Shown here piece by piece: positions 45,919-60,032 of a DNA stretch of 64,000 nucleotides (its first letter is position 1; each line of letters begins with the position of its first letter). Under the pieces are notes generated by a model. It made no database searches, was not told where the DNA came from, and saw only the letters and a list, made by a program, of their open reading frames with translations. The stretch is from NCBI GenBank assembly GCA_010093815.1, contig ML996568.1; one strand, given 5' to 3'. A program made the translations under genes and the position numbers. The DNA comes from Pseudovirgaria hyperparasitica (Eukaryota).

Positions 45919-48900
45919 TCAAGCCGACGCTTCACCAGCGGCCTGTCTCTCAGCAATACTTCCGCCTTTCCACGAGTGCTTAGGATCATCTTTCCTCACA
46001 GCCTTGCGCTCGCCCCCTTTCTTCCCCCACCCACCACCGCCAGGCGTCATTACAATAATCCTCTCGCCAGGCTTCATGCTCGCCGTGTTCTTCCCGCCCA
46101 TGTTGATATACCTGAATTCCACACTCTCTCGGTCCGTCGTCTCCCCGTCCGTGCGAATATCCTCCTTGTGATCTGCCTCCGCATCGCCATCTCTATTCAC
46201 CCTCCGCACCCAAACATTCATCCCACACTGCGCATCCTCTCCTCCCTCCAACCCATACGGCCTATACACCCTCCTTTCGCTCAGTATGCTGACCTGGACC
46301 GGGATTCTGAACTCAATGTCTCGCACAACCCCATCTCCACCCTTGTGCAAGCCCTCGCCCCCACTGCCGTCTCTCAAGCTGAATTCTCGCAAGATGACTG
46401 GATATCGCCGCTCGAACACCTCGCTATCAGTTATTCGTGTGTTCGTCATATGCGTGTGCACCCCACTCGTGCCGTCCCACGTCTCGCCTGCGCCTGATCC
46501 GCCTGCGATCGTCTCGTAATATCCGAAGCCTTTGACCTCCGCGCTACCATCAGAGGGGTTCCCGCCAAAGCCAAAGGTCAGATTGTTGCAATCTCCTTGC
46601 GACGCGGCAGCAGCGTTGAAAGCGCGCAGCACGACGTCAGTGACGCGTTGGGATGTGAGCACATTGCCGCCGACGACAGCGGCGGAGCCGGAAGGTGCGA
46701 GGAATGAAGAGGGTGGAATGTGTATTGTGATTGGGGCGAGGCAGCCTTGGTTTAGGGGGATAGAATCGGAGATAAGTGTGCGGAGACAGTAGATTATGGC
46801 GGAGTAGGTGATGGCGCTGGGGGCGTTGGTGTTACCTAATTCATCCATCAGTACAACACGTTATAAAGGCAAGAACGCAAGGGCTGAGCGGTGGGTGAGT
46901 ACTGACCGTAGACTTCAGGGCCTGTTCCGGCGAAGTCGAAGACCGCCTCGCCTTTCTGGGCATCGATTTTGATATTGAGTTTGATGGGGCTTCCATCGTC
47001 CATGTAGTCGACGGCAGATAGATCTCGGCCTTGAAAGCGCTTGCTGACATCCTTAAGCAAGCTTCGCACAGTGAGTTCGGCATTGTGCTGGATACTACGC
47101 ATGTAGAATTGGACTACATCTTCGCCGTAGTCACCAATGAGACTTTCAATGAGGATAATTCCTTTCTTGTTGGCTGCGATTTGTGCCTTCAAATCATTCA
47201 AGTTATCCGGTAGACATCTCGTACCACTGCATCCGGGATATTGAGCTGGCTCCTTGTGCAATAGTTCGATAATCCGTTCTTCGTTAAAATGGCCTTCGGA
47301 TACTAACTTTTCGGACTTGATGGCGGCACCTTCTTGAAAGAGCTCCCGGCTATGTGGAGGCATCGATCCAGGTAAGATGCCACCGATATCCGCGTGATGG
47401 GCGCGGGACGCAACATAAAAAACGATATTGTCGCCATTGAAAGCTGGAGTAATCACAGTGATGTCTGGCAGATGCGTACCGCCATACAAGGGGTGATTTG
47501 ACACGAGTACGTCGCCTCTCTTCAACTTCCCTTTCCAGATCTCAGCTTGTTTGCGTACGCATGTTGACATACTACCAAGATGGACAGGCAGATGTGGTGC
47601 TGGATTCAGTCTTGTTAGCTCAAACACTCTCACGAAAGGTATCTAAGGTGCTCACCGTTTGCCACAAGCCCACCATCAGAATCAAACAATGCACAAGAAT
47701 AGTCCAGTCTCTCTTTGACATTCGTACTCACACTTGTTTTCTGCAACGCACGCCCCATCTGCTCCGCAATAGCCATGAAACGATGAGCAAAGATACTCAA
47801 CATGATCGGATCCACCTCCTTCGTGTCCAATTTTCTTTCCGACCGATCACTCTCACCAATATTGATAACAACGTGCGTTTCGATCATCAGCGCACTCGAG
47901 CCTGGGGTGACGACAATCGTCTGGGTCCCATCTGCCAGAATTGCAGGTCCTTGAACCCTATCACCAACTTCCAGATCTTCAAGTTTGTAGATCGGAGTCT
48001 CCTGCCTTCCGCCCTCGAAATACACTTTCCGAGATCCGTACTTCTTCCTGTCAGATCCAATATCCTTAGGCGTGACCTCTCTGAGTTGCTTGTCAACTGT
48101 CTTTTCCATGCCGGCGAAATTCTTGCCGATGCCACGGACGCGCACGTCGTCAATGATGATATCGCGGTCAGGAAGTGTGAAGCCGAATTCCTGTTCGTGC
48201 TGTTTAACGAACGCTTTACCAAAGGCCCAGTCATCGCCGTCGAACTCCCCCTCGACTTCTTCTTTGGTGGGCTTAATAATCATGAGTGCAGATTCGGTGC
48301 CTCGGTAACGGAGGTTCAGGTACTCCTCAAACTCGATCTGCTTCTCGGTGAAGCCTTGATCCTTCAGTGTTTCTGTCGATCTATTTTTGAGATCTTTCAT
48401 TTTCTTTTGCAAGTATTCACGGGTATCCCCTTCGTCAGACCAGATCTTCGATTCTGGCTCTTGTCGTTCATCCACCACGTCAGCTAACGCCATGCCGTAT
48501 GCGGACAACACGGACGAGTACTTGTGGATGAGGATCTGGGTTATGCCTAAGGCCTCAGCAATGGCCACGGCATGTTGGCCTCCAGCACCTCCGAATGTAG
48601 CAAGTCTGTGTCTCGATGTATCATGCCCCCGAGCTTCTGTCAGAGATCTAATAGGCCGAGTCATGGTCTCGTTTGCGATCTTGATGAAACCATACGCGAT
48701 TTCATCCATAGTCATCTCCTTGTCTTTGTTACCACCAGCATTTTCTTTATTGATTTGCTCGGCAAGTTCTTCGAAGAGCTTCACACTGGCTTCTGGGTCA
48801 AGCCCTTCGTCCTCGTTCTTTCCAAAAATCTTGGGGAAAAAATCCGGAAGAAGTCTTCCCAGGAATAAGTTGGCATCGGTAATTGTGAGAGGACCACCTT

Positions 48901-50205
48901 TCCGATAGCAGGCTGGACCTGGATGAGCACTGGCTGATTCGGGACCGACCACGAACAAGCCATTTTTCCAGAATAGACGTGAGCCTCCTCCAGCAGCGAC
49001 AGTGTTGATATCCAATTGCGGTGATTGTATAGTAACACCTGCTGTCGTCGTCTCGAAGACATGGTCATACTTTCCCGCGCCATATCTGCTCACATCGGTA
49101 CTCGTTCCACCCATATCAAACCCTATGACTGGCGTCTTTGTCTCCGGGTCATATGACGTGAGAGCATACCCAACAACGCCCCCAGCAGGCCCACTCAGGA
49201 TAGCTCTCAATCCAGAGAAGATATCAACATCCACCAGTCCACCGTCAGACTGCATAAATTCACACCTCGTCCCCTTATCCCCCTTTTCTTCCTTCACACT
49301 CTTCGATCCTAGACCTCCCTCAAACCCCTTCGAGAAGCCGTTGATATATTTTTTGATCGCCGGCGTCAAATACGCGTCCGCACACGCAGACGTTGCCCGT
49401 GGCACAAGTTTAATCATCGGCATGAGCTCATGACTCAGACTGATATGCTCGAACCCGATATCCCTGGCGATCTCGCCAATCAATGCCTCATGATGCGGAA
49501 ACGTATATCCATGCATCAAACACACCGCAATACTTCTCAGTCCCCCGTCATATACGTCCTGTAGCTGTTTCTTGATCTCTCCTCGCTCCGGTCTCTTCAA
49601 GATTCGCACCGCCTCCCCACTCAGCCCCCGCACCAACACCTCATCGTCACCTGCTTCCTCCAGGGCTTTCACCTCCGTCTTCTTCCTCTCCGGGTCCTCC
49701 GCGTAGTCCTCCAAAGTAACCCTCTCATCAATCTCGACAACCCTCTGATACAGTACATCCGGCTTGCGGATCGCCAGATCGAAGATATCGGGCCTACTCT
49801 GATTGCCAATTGCCAGACAGTCCTTGAAACCTTTGGTCACCACGAGTGCGATATCCTCGCCCTTGCGTTCTAGCAAAGCATTCGTCGCGACCGTGGTGCC
49901 CATGCGGATACTTTCGATTTTCGTTGTGTCGAGAGGTGTGCCGCGCGGGATTGATTGACCAGTGAAGCGCTCGAGGAGGCGCCGAATGCCCTCGAGTGGC
50001 GCATCGTCATAGTTGGACGGGTCTTCGGAGAGTAGTTTTATTAGCACATCATCCTCCATACGCCCGGAACCGGGGTTCCCGACGCAATCTGTGAATGTGC
50101 CGCCGCGCTGAATGATATCAGTGATGCTGGTGAGTATGAGGTTGGGGTCTGGCGAACGTCAATGGCAATGCGGATACCCCGCATAGAGCCTTCTTTGGAA
50201 CCCAT
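45919..50205 (-). CDS. OXP1: ATP-dependent 5-oxoprolinase
   Basis: [71 protein letters not shown] motif ([10 protein letters not shown]), [28 protein letters not shown]; 3 introns. Confidence 0.97.
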
Positions 50206-51560
50206 TGTCTTCTATAAAATCTTCCTTGCAGTAACGATGAGAGTGCAAGTTGGGGTGAGAGCGATTAATTGCCTTGTTGCAATCGAAAAACAAGTAAAAT
50301 CGAGTTGATGCACCATGCTCTTTCTGAATTACTAATAGATATCTCTTCGCTAAGTACGGATTCCAGTGCCGAGACGACGCTTAATCAACGTCGAGACAGA
50401 TATCTCAAAGCTCCACATATGCTCGGAAAATCGTTAAAGTATATAGCAGATTCAGCGTGTCGATAAACATGTGTCGGAATCCAATTAGCAAGGTTTATCA
50501 TGCGACGATATCGGCAGCCGTGAGCCGAGCTTTGAAAGTATCCGGCTAACTTTGATGCCTGAGGCTGAAACATCAATGATTATGGCTCATCCGAGTTCAT
50601 AGATTGCCACTTCTGTGTGTGGAGTGGATTACGAATCTATTACTTTCCTCAATTCTATATAGGAAGCGTAGATGTAAATCCAATTCAATAAGAGATTGAT
50701 AAATTTAATTTGGTAGATAAGATAATGATTACAATATACCACCTGCAATAATGTGAAATCTCGAAGAAGATCTGAATCTGTCATGTTGCCCTCCATTCTG
50801 AATTCGCCACCACTGGATAACCATACGTCGATATAGGGAATTTACCGTATTATTACTAGGTAGCGCTATCAAGTCAAGGCTATAAGGGGATTCAGAGGAG
50901 GTTATAAGGTTTGTAGTAGGTAAGCAGTTAGGCAAGCAAGTGTGAGGAGGCGAGTATACACAACGAATAGATTCAACAGTCGGTATGGTTTGAGGCGCTA
51001 CGAGACGATCGTGGTTTGGGGGATGTTGTTTCAAGCCATTTATATGTGCGCAGCATTGTATCCAGCTGTAAAGCCGGTCCTGCTGTGAAGGACACGTTCA
51101 TCTCATGTCCACAAGAAAACCAAAGAACCTCTGAGCCAATGAACGAAAGCAGAGCCGACCGTTCGGTCTTCATTACATGACATGCTAATCACATTCATTG
51201 ACCGTCCAAAACTCCAGTGACCCAAATGATCAAGACAGAACCAACTCGTAAACATGCAAATAGAAACGCGTGAAAATGCAAGAACCCAAAGAACCTGAGC
51301 CGTTCAGGAAAAGCTCGGTCCGCGACGGACAAAACCAATCGGTCCTCATTGGGTATCATGCTGAAAGTTGTTGCTTGTGAACATGAAAAATGGTGAACCA
51401 CCGCATAGATAGGAAATTCGTTTCAGATCTGAATAATTCGTAAATTCGTCACAGGCATCTCATCCGTATACAGAAATGATCGTTAGCATTTGATATTTGG
51501 TGGAGGAAAGTGAGCGATCGGTCAGGTTGAGGCATATAATGTATCGCAAGGTCTAGTCAG

Positions 51561-53861
51561 TCAATGCTGCCTCTTGATGGCTGTAGTGGATTGGTCCCCA
51601 GTAGCGACTGCCACTAGAGCCTCCAGTCGGCGCAAGTCGGTGGACGGATGCTGGTCGGGCTGTGCCATTCCCAAGCCAGTCTGCATTGGAGGTGCCTCAG
51701 ATCGTGATGGAAGCGGTGTAGAATGTGCAGTGGGTGGGTGATTGAATGCGGGGGCTAGAGTAGGCCGATCTGAGCCGTAAGAATGCATGCTTTTCCTCTG
51801 ATCCTCCAGGTGGGCTGCTTGGGGGTAAGACTCAATGTACCCGCTACTATGAACAATCGCCGGGTGATACTCAGCGAGGGTAGTTGTAGAAGGAGTAGGA
51901 ACACCTTCACTACTACTTGAGCCTTCTGGAGAGGGGCGCTGTGGAAGATATGCTGGTGGGGGTGCTTGAGATGGTATGGGTCCGTTGTACCAGCCTTGAC
52001 GCTTCAGCCGTTTAGGAGTCGCCGGAGGGTCACCTGGTCTTGATTCTGGTTCTCGATAGGTGTTATGAGGAGGCATTGGAGGAGGAGGCGCGGCATGGAT
52101 AGGATGTGGAACGAAGCCGGAATGAGGAGCAGTCGTCGGTCTTGGTCCAGCAGCTGGTCTCGGGTAAGAATTAGACTCATGCCAGCCATGAGATGTAGGT
52201 GCATTTGCTATATTCAGACCACGGATGCCTCGTTGTATTGAAAGATCGACGGAATGGTGATTCCGACGTTCCTCTGGACGGCGCCTCGATGGATCGAAGG
52301 GGGGCGCGAGACTGCGACCTGGTGCATCGACTTCCATTGGACTGGGTTGGCGACGCGGTATCAATGAAGGCGGTGCGTGGTCGAAGCTCTCAATGCCAGG
52401 CAGCCTTGTGGTCTGAACGGCACCACCAGGCTGGATAGGTCCAGACGATTGAGAAGCCTCTGGTGTTTGAGAATAGCTCAGGCCACTAGTGCCAGGTCTG
52501 GTTTGGGCTTGATTCATTGTACTTGGGTGCCAAGTACGTCTTCTCCAGTCTTGTTCGCTTGCATTTGAATCTCTACGGTCTGAGAAGACCGAGCTCGTAG
52601 GGCTTGTAACCTGGCTGGAAGTGTGTATGAATGACGATGACGTAGAAGATGGCAAAGGACTAATGTAGGGAGGTGGATATTGACTCCCCGCTGGTGGTCC
52701 CTGGAATGGATTCACACCGGTCGGAACAGAAAGGCGCCTGGCATGGTGACTCGGAGGAGTGCCAGCCCACGTCAGAGGTCTTGCATTCGTCACAGCAGGT
52801 GAAGCAGCACTCGACGAGAATCTTGGACTCTCATTCGAATATGTGGCCGAACTAGGCGTTCCCATCGTACTGGGAGACTGGTTGCCATAGGTCTGGAACG
52901 TCGGACCTGGGCTGCCCATAAGAGGTGGGTTAAACGTGTCCAAAGAAAGTCTCGCTCTCGCTGTCGCATCATTTGCCATGGCCAACGGCGGAGGTCTTCT
53001 TCGTCCAAAAGAGTCATCGCGGTTACTTATCGTACTTATGCTAGAAGCAGTCGATGCGATACTCGAAGTTGAGAGGTTCCTGATGTGTCCCCGGCTGTGA
53101 CCCCCTTGACTCCCCATGGTGGACGCGCGCGAGCGATTATGAGCAGGTCTCACTCGATCAGTCCTAACTTGACGTTGAAAGCGTGTACCAGTGGCAGCGA
53201 GAGAGTCGTTCGGGATATCTTCGTTGACGTGTACGGTTTGTGCATGCTGTCGTAGGTTGTCAAGCCGTGAAAATCGTCTCGAACAATGACATTGGAACGG
53301 TCGCTCCCCAGTATGTTTTCTGAGCGCTGTTAGTAATGTGTCAAGACATGCTTGCAAGAAAGGTGATTACCGGATGTGTCGAGCGAGGTGCTCACTCCTG
53401 GTGAAACTGAGCTGACACGGAGGGAAGTCTTTACAGTAGAACTTCTGGCTCTTCTTCTTTCGCGATGCCTTGTTTCCATCACTAGGGTCGCTTTCATCAT
53501 CTGACACCCCGTCCTCATCCTCGCCACCCATCTCAATATCTTCAGACTGCGCAGACTTTGCAGATTGGTGTGAGTTTGTGCGTTTCGGCTCGACTCTTCC
53601 TTTACTTGGACTCATGGAACGATCTTTCTGAGCGACAAGTGGTTCTGTAGGCAGTGGGCGTTGGCTAGCCAAACCACCAAAGCTATCGCGAGTCGGTGTC
53701 TTGACAGTCGATTCATCAGGTGTCATCTCCGAAACAGGCCTCTCCTTTGGAAAGAAGTGACCAGGACGAGGGGTAGTCGGAGTGGTTTCTCCGGCAGCAA
53801 TATGAAGCGGAGATTTGGGCACCGTATGTGTTGTGGTATTAACGGCCTGGAATGTAGACAT
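51561..53861 (-). CDS. nsdC: C2H2 zinc-finger transcription factor, NsdC/Usv1/Rgm1-like
   Basis: [69 protein letters not shown] and LEALVAVAT motifs; one intron at ~53323-53370. Confidence 0.88.
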
Positions 53862-55239
53862 GGTGGCCTATGTCTCCGTAGTAGAAGGGCGTGAGCGGTC
53901 GTCTATAGTTGGACAGTCTGGTTGGGTACCACCCTCTTTAAACAGAGAAAGCGGATCCAAGCGGGAAAGGTGTATAAGTTCAGTGTTCGGGGGTGTTGAG
54001 GAAGCCGCGAGCGGCCGGTGGATAGGAGTATGTAGCAGAGCAGTCGGAAGTAATTGTTATGATGTTGTCGGACATGGACGAGTGAAGGTCGAGAGAAGGG
54101 GCGAGGCTGAGACGGCGTAGTTGAAGGCGGGGAGAGGTGGCTGGCGAAACATGAGCGACGGGCGGATGGGATGGACCTGGTAGTTTTGGGATGGGACAGA
54201 GGGCAGGGCGGGATAGCGAGACAAGAATGTGCGGAAGAGTGGAATCTAGGAACAAGGAACGGGCGCGCAAAAGGAAGAGGAGAAGAAGAAGAAGAGACTG
54301 TAGTATGAATGAGTAGTAGGAGTAGGAGTGGTAGTATATGATGAGAATGAGGATGAGGATGGAAATGGATGAGGCTATTCGAGGGCCCACGGCCACTAAA
54401 GCCTCTAGAGGAACCTTGGAAGGGTGCTAGGGTGGGTGATGAATGGACGATAAGCACCCCCGCCACAGCGATCGTAAGGCCGATGGCGCCCCAAGAAAAG
54501 GTACGTGCTGCACGCCGGCTCTATACACCTGCAGATTCGGAGTGTTATGCGCGTTCTGAATAGTGTCCTGCATACGATGGATCCCTCATACAGTGAGTCC
54601 TACGATTGATTATATGTCCGAACTGATAGATCATATTATTGTAGTAGAGCATTAAAATGTATATAGGGCAGGAGGATAACTCTTTACCCCATGTCCCTGG
54701 AGAGCATTCTAGGCCTAGGCAGGAGGTAGAACGAATAGCTAGGCAGCAGAATGTAGAAAGCTAATAGATTGATAAAGTCAGATGGATGATATTATAGTCT
54801 ATGGTACAGTAGTAGCACTGTAATAATCATAAGGTAGGCAGTAAGGATAATTTTAGATACCCGCATGTCGTCTACTCCTACTAGTACACACCCTTCAATT
54901 GTTACCGTCGTCAATAATCAATGCCTACATACCTTATGATCATTCCGGCCGACGGGAATACAGTCCGGAGACGCTCTCACCCTACCTGAGACGACTCCTG
55001 TTGATGAGATTACCTCAGTTTGCCTCATCAGCAGACGATTACGAATGCATGCTTCACACGTCGCCCTATCGCTGCCTCGTGTGACGACACTCGGACAGTA
55101 ATGCGAGGCGGCAACGAGGCGGCAAAGACGCGCTGAATATGCCGGAGTGGGTGTGTGTGTGTGCCTTGTCTGTTCTGGGATCCTAGAACGGCACGCGATA
55201 GCCTTCCAGCGCGGAATGAATGGCAGCACTTCAACGTCC

Positions 55240-56197
55240 AGTCGCAGTCGCAGTCGCAGTCATAGTCGCAGTCGCACACACGCACAGCGGAAGTATAGCC
55301 CACTCCGGGTCAACGCGTAAGGTTGAAATACTCTGCTGGTCGGAGTGTGTGCCTGTAACTGTACCTGTGCCTGGTGAACGGGCCAACTACTTAGCAAGGA
55401 CGGCTGTTGTTTGCTTCTGTGGCCTGGCCTGCCTCTACATACATCCAAACCATGCACGTGGACTGAATTGGAACCAGGTGTAGGACGTATTAGCCGTAGC
55501 CTCGTTTCGTCAAAGACTTCCATTCATGCTTACTGCACCCCCTCTCCGGGCCGCAAGTCGCACTGTACTGGTTTAGATCTGTCACGCGGCTGATCCGTTG
55601 GCCATGTTTTTACATACATATATATATATATATATATAAGAACGGGATATGGCTGTGGTCATGAATGATCGATGGTGTTGCGAGTCGGCCGCAGAGGTAG
55701 AAGTCGATGATGACAAGGCGGTGAGCCACAAGCCACGACAAGCGACTAACAACGAGCGACGACGACGCGCCATGCCCAACATACGAGCATGAAGTTGGAG
55801 AGGTGAGCCTTGAGGTTCCGTCCATTCATCCATCCATCCATCCATCCATCCATACGTCCAACCCCCTTCGCCTGGACTCTGGGAGCAGGCTGCGCTACAT
55901 GTTGACGGGCTGCGGGCGCCCCACCAGCTGCTGCTATCGATAAAAAATCTTGACCCCGCCAGCGACGGGAAGTGGTGTAATTACAGTATGTTCCAAGTAA
56001 TACCTGGCTCCGGTACCTGGGATACCTGGGATACCGGGGCTCAGATACCTGGGTAATAGAGTGCGCCGACCCTTACTTTCCCCCCAGCCCCAGCAGCCCT
56101 CAGCCCCACAGTCAGTCCACACCCACTTTAGTCCACACACCACAACTCAGCCCACACACAAGTAACAGACAGGTAACAGACAGGTAACAGACAGGTA
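55240..56197. repeat. Cluster of microsatellites and short tandem repeats upstream of nsdC
   Basis: (GTCGCA)n ~55240-55276, (TA)n ~55617-55638, (CATC)n ~55822-55853, (TACCTGG..)n ~56000-56053, (GTAACAGACAG)3 ~56162-56197. Confidence 0.85.
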
Positions 56198-57182
56198 GCA
56201 CGTTGCAATAATCACAGGCCAGCAAGGCCATCAGACTTGTTCATAGTTATGAGTTATGAGGAAAGCTACTCGAATTAATCTTTACCAGTACCCTTCAACC
56301 AACGTCACCATCGCTCCAGGCAGGGCGTCAGTAATTACTAGGTCTACAGTCCAGTCTCCACCTCAGTCTCCAGTCCATTCTTTGGGCCCCGGCCCCTGAC
56401 CAACAAAAACGCCCACAGGCGGTGAGCACGGCGGGCCAGGCCATGATTGGCCAGGCTGCCCTGCTTACTCGCATCGTGACCAAGCTGTCCGCTGCAAGGA
56501 ACTGACAGTAAAGGTAGTAAGGTTAGAATTGTCCTAATTACGTCTTTTCCCGACTGCGCGTGCGCTTCCAATGACTGTAGATACGTACCTGACTAGTAAT
56601 CAATACCAACCATCCATAAGGTACATAATTACCATACACACACCGTACGCCGTGCTTCCGACTTTGCCGCCGGAACTTGAATGTCTCTCTCGCTCCCTTG
56701 TCATGCTCGATATCATATCATCTTCTTCACTTTCTACATGGCATGTATGCATGCACGCATACTGTTATTGTCCGGCTGGATGCGCGCCAACAGTCTAGTA
56801 AACGATATATAGCCAATAGCCCGTCTCCATGCCGGAGTGTTGGTGCAACTGTGCGCTACACACTACTGTAATACAGTGCCCGACCCGGAGGTTACTGGTT
56901 GCGTGCGCTCGCTAAAAGCCCTGTCTGTACCTGGTCCACTAGCCCTGCAGGTCGTCGTTGTTGCTTCTTCTTCTTCTTCCGCCTGTCTGTAAGTATGTCA
57001 GACAGTCGTGCGAGTGCTCCATATACAATAATATTATCGATAATTGCTCTCTCTTCTCTCTTTTCATTGGGCCGTCCTCATATTTATCTACTACACCACA
57101 ACACGGCCCTTCTCTATCTCCCCAAAATCACCCCTATCTGCCATCCTCTTTGAACTCCTTACTGGACAACCTGTGCACTGTA

Positions 57183-60032
57183 TCAGCTTTCTGGAAAACG
57201 TGACTCTACGCCCTAGTCTGGCCACGTTGATAGAATCAACGGTACAGGGACTTCTTCTTCACTAACCTTTTCACGCAACATTCCCATCCACTGTGCTAAA
57301 CTGACCCCTTGATCTGCCCGGTCCTCTACCAGCAGTGTTTGTGCCCAAAGCTTAAGACTCGGATCACCATCTTCACGAATCACATATAGTGATGGCACTG
57401 TAATGCTTCCAACACCTTTCGCCCGGTGGTCTCGGCTCTTCTCAATGATGGCTCTCACGCGTTCGTTCATCTCGTTGTCGACTACTGGCATCGTCGACTT
57501 GCCCTGTTTGATACCGTTCTTGTCCTCGATCCCGAATACGTCCAACAGTAGCGCAGGCACTGCATCACGGCCAACCCACAGGAATTGATTGACACCATCA
57601 TCGATCAGATATAGCCCATATGGTACAATGCGTTCCGACGACAGATTGCACGGTGGCGGGAGGATGATCTCTCCAGTTTGAGGGTCTGGATGTCCGGCGC
57701 TATCAGGAAGATCATGAAATGAGTATAATTTGGGGTAGATGTACTGCATCATCAACGGCAGAGGCAACGTGGAAAGGAGGCAGAGGGCCGCAGCACGGAG
57801 GTCCGACGGAATCTGTGCTGATTTTCGAAGGCCAACCTAAAACGGATCAGTAAAAACAGACGAACTTCACATTGTGACTCTGCGCTTACGTTCTTCATGA
57901 GACCAAGGAACAACACTGGAAGCCCTCTCAGATTGTAAGGCAGTTGCAATCCACCTCCGCCCATATTACCCCCTGCCAGCTCTTTCCTATACGTTTGCAG
58001 GATTTCAATTATCTTTGCCTGAAGTGCATCTCGTGCGGCATCAAGACCGCTGCCAAGTGCTCGTTCTACGGCTTTGTGGCTGTAGAACTCTGTAATTGCC
58101 TGCTGATCTGCGGAGGCATACACGTGAGATAGCGACTCTGTTGTTGGTAGAGCAAGGGTCAGAACACGGATGCGTCGTTCTCCATTGCAGGTCGTGTGAA
58201 GCACTGCGGCTTGCATACAGACAAACGGCTTCGTAACAGTCTCGTCGATTGCAACCTCGATAACGTAGCTTTGATCTCTTGGGAACGCGGGGAATGCACA
58301 CAGGTCTGAGCTGCGATTAAAGAAGTTCCCGTAGAAAGAACTCATCCGCAGCCCGGTGGTCGCACGTACTCGCAACACAGCCTCGAGACCAACTTCTGAT
58401 GAGAGGTAGTCGCTGAATTCGCGGGCAAATTTGATGGCATCTTCGCTCCTCGCAGCGTTCCATCCAGGATAGAAGTACGTCTGACCTCCAGTATATCTCG
58501 GTAGGTTGCTCAAACTTGCTACATCCTGGTATTGTGATGAGAATAAGAACATGTCAATCGAAACCTGGTTCTTCGAACACTCGACGGCGAAACTCTTATA
58601 GAAGCTGTTACCAGTCTGGAGAAGTTTGCCCTCATTACTTGTACCAAGCAGTTTCTTGTCTTCTCTCATTTCGAGCTTACCGAAACCTAGATTTGGCAGC
58701 ATAGAGGTGAGCACCGATATCTTCCCTCCAACTGGGGATATCAATTTATGGCCAGCGCGCAAGGCAGCGCCCATCGCAGAGGCGCCATTTTGGGTATCCT
58801 GGAACATGGATTGGAGCTTCTCCAGGAAGTTCTCAACATTTCTTCGGCTTTCTGAAAGATTTACGAGAAGGTCCTCCGGCGTGGGTAAGAAAGGCTCTTC
58901 TAGGTCGCTGACTACCAGCATGCTAGGTTCAATAATTTGGGGTTCTGCCCCCTCTTCCACTGGGATATCGCGTTGTATGGAAAAGTAGTGCAAAGCTGAG
59001 TCCACAGCGATGAAACCTAGACGTGTTCGACGGTCAGCGTTGGGTATCCGGTCCAAGCTTTCTAATATACACCTGGCAGCCGTCGCTAACAATCCATTCG
59101 TGACTGAGGCATAGCTGACATCTAAAAGGAACAAGTAGACTAGAGGCTGTGGAGGCCGGACCATATACTCAGAAGGAGCAATAAACTCAACTACCGAGTA
59201 ATTCAGTTCTGCTCGGTGCCATCGGTCCACGCTCTTGTTGTTCGTCGTGTCCCAGTCAAAGGCTTGTGGAACGTCATTGGTAAGGTTGCACATATTGCAG
59301 CGCCACCTGTGGCCATGGTCCAGGAATGTAACAAAGGTGTTGATGTACGATCGACAACGCCTACAACGCGAGATAACTTGGTCAGAAACAACGGGCACGG
59401 GATCCTCAATATCATGTAGAGAGCTGTAAGGTTGCACCACAAGCGCAAAGGGTAGCTTCGACTTTTTTAGGAGGGAATGTGTGGTCGGCACGGTGTTCAA
59501 AGTCGATCGAATATACTTTGGAGGGCAATTTGCGTGTGGCGATGGGGTAACGCTTGTCTAGGTTCGTTAGCATATTGTCCAGAATCCGATTTCACATTTC
59601 ACGCACATTGGGCGGTAGGTTGATTGCAGGAGGCGGTTGCTCCAATTCAAAAACATTTAGAGGTTGCCCTAGGAGGTCACTAGGTTGTAGTTGGTTCAGG
59701 TATGCAGACTGTTGCGGAGCTTGCTGTTGCTGATGCGCGGGCGGTGGGGGTTGTGGCATTCCTGGAGCAGTCATTCCTGGAGCAGGTTGCCCAGGCCCAA
59801 GGCCCATCTGACCAAACTGCGACGACAGTTGATCCGGTGCATTATAGCCTTGTTGAAATCCTTGCTGGAAGCCGGGCTGCGCATCAAGTCCTTGATAGCC
59901 CGCTGAGCCTGCTGGACCTGGAGGAGGTGGTGGAGCTGCGCCAACAGCATTTCCACCAAACTCGTAGGCTTGCTGTGCGTATCCTCTCTTCTTCTTCGGG
60001 GGCAATGCGGCACCCTGCTGATTGAACTCCAT
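57183..60032 (-). CDS. SEC24: COPII coat subunit Sec24
   Basis: [82 protein letters not shown]. The last exon and stop are approximate. Confidence 0.95.

Noticed and set aside
47498..49433. Long plus-strand ORFs (329, 173 and 143 aa)
   Set aside because: Antisense shadows of OXP1.
53903..54466. 187- and 138-aa minus-strand ORFs upstream of nsdC
   Set aside because: Low-complexity translation of a pyrimidine-rich leader.
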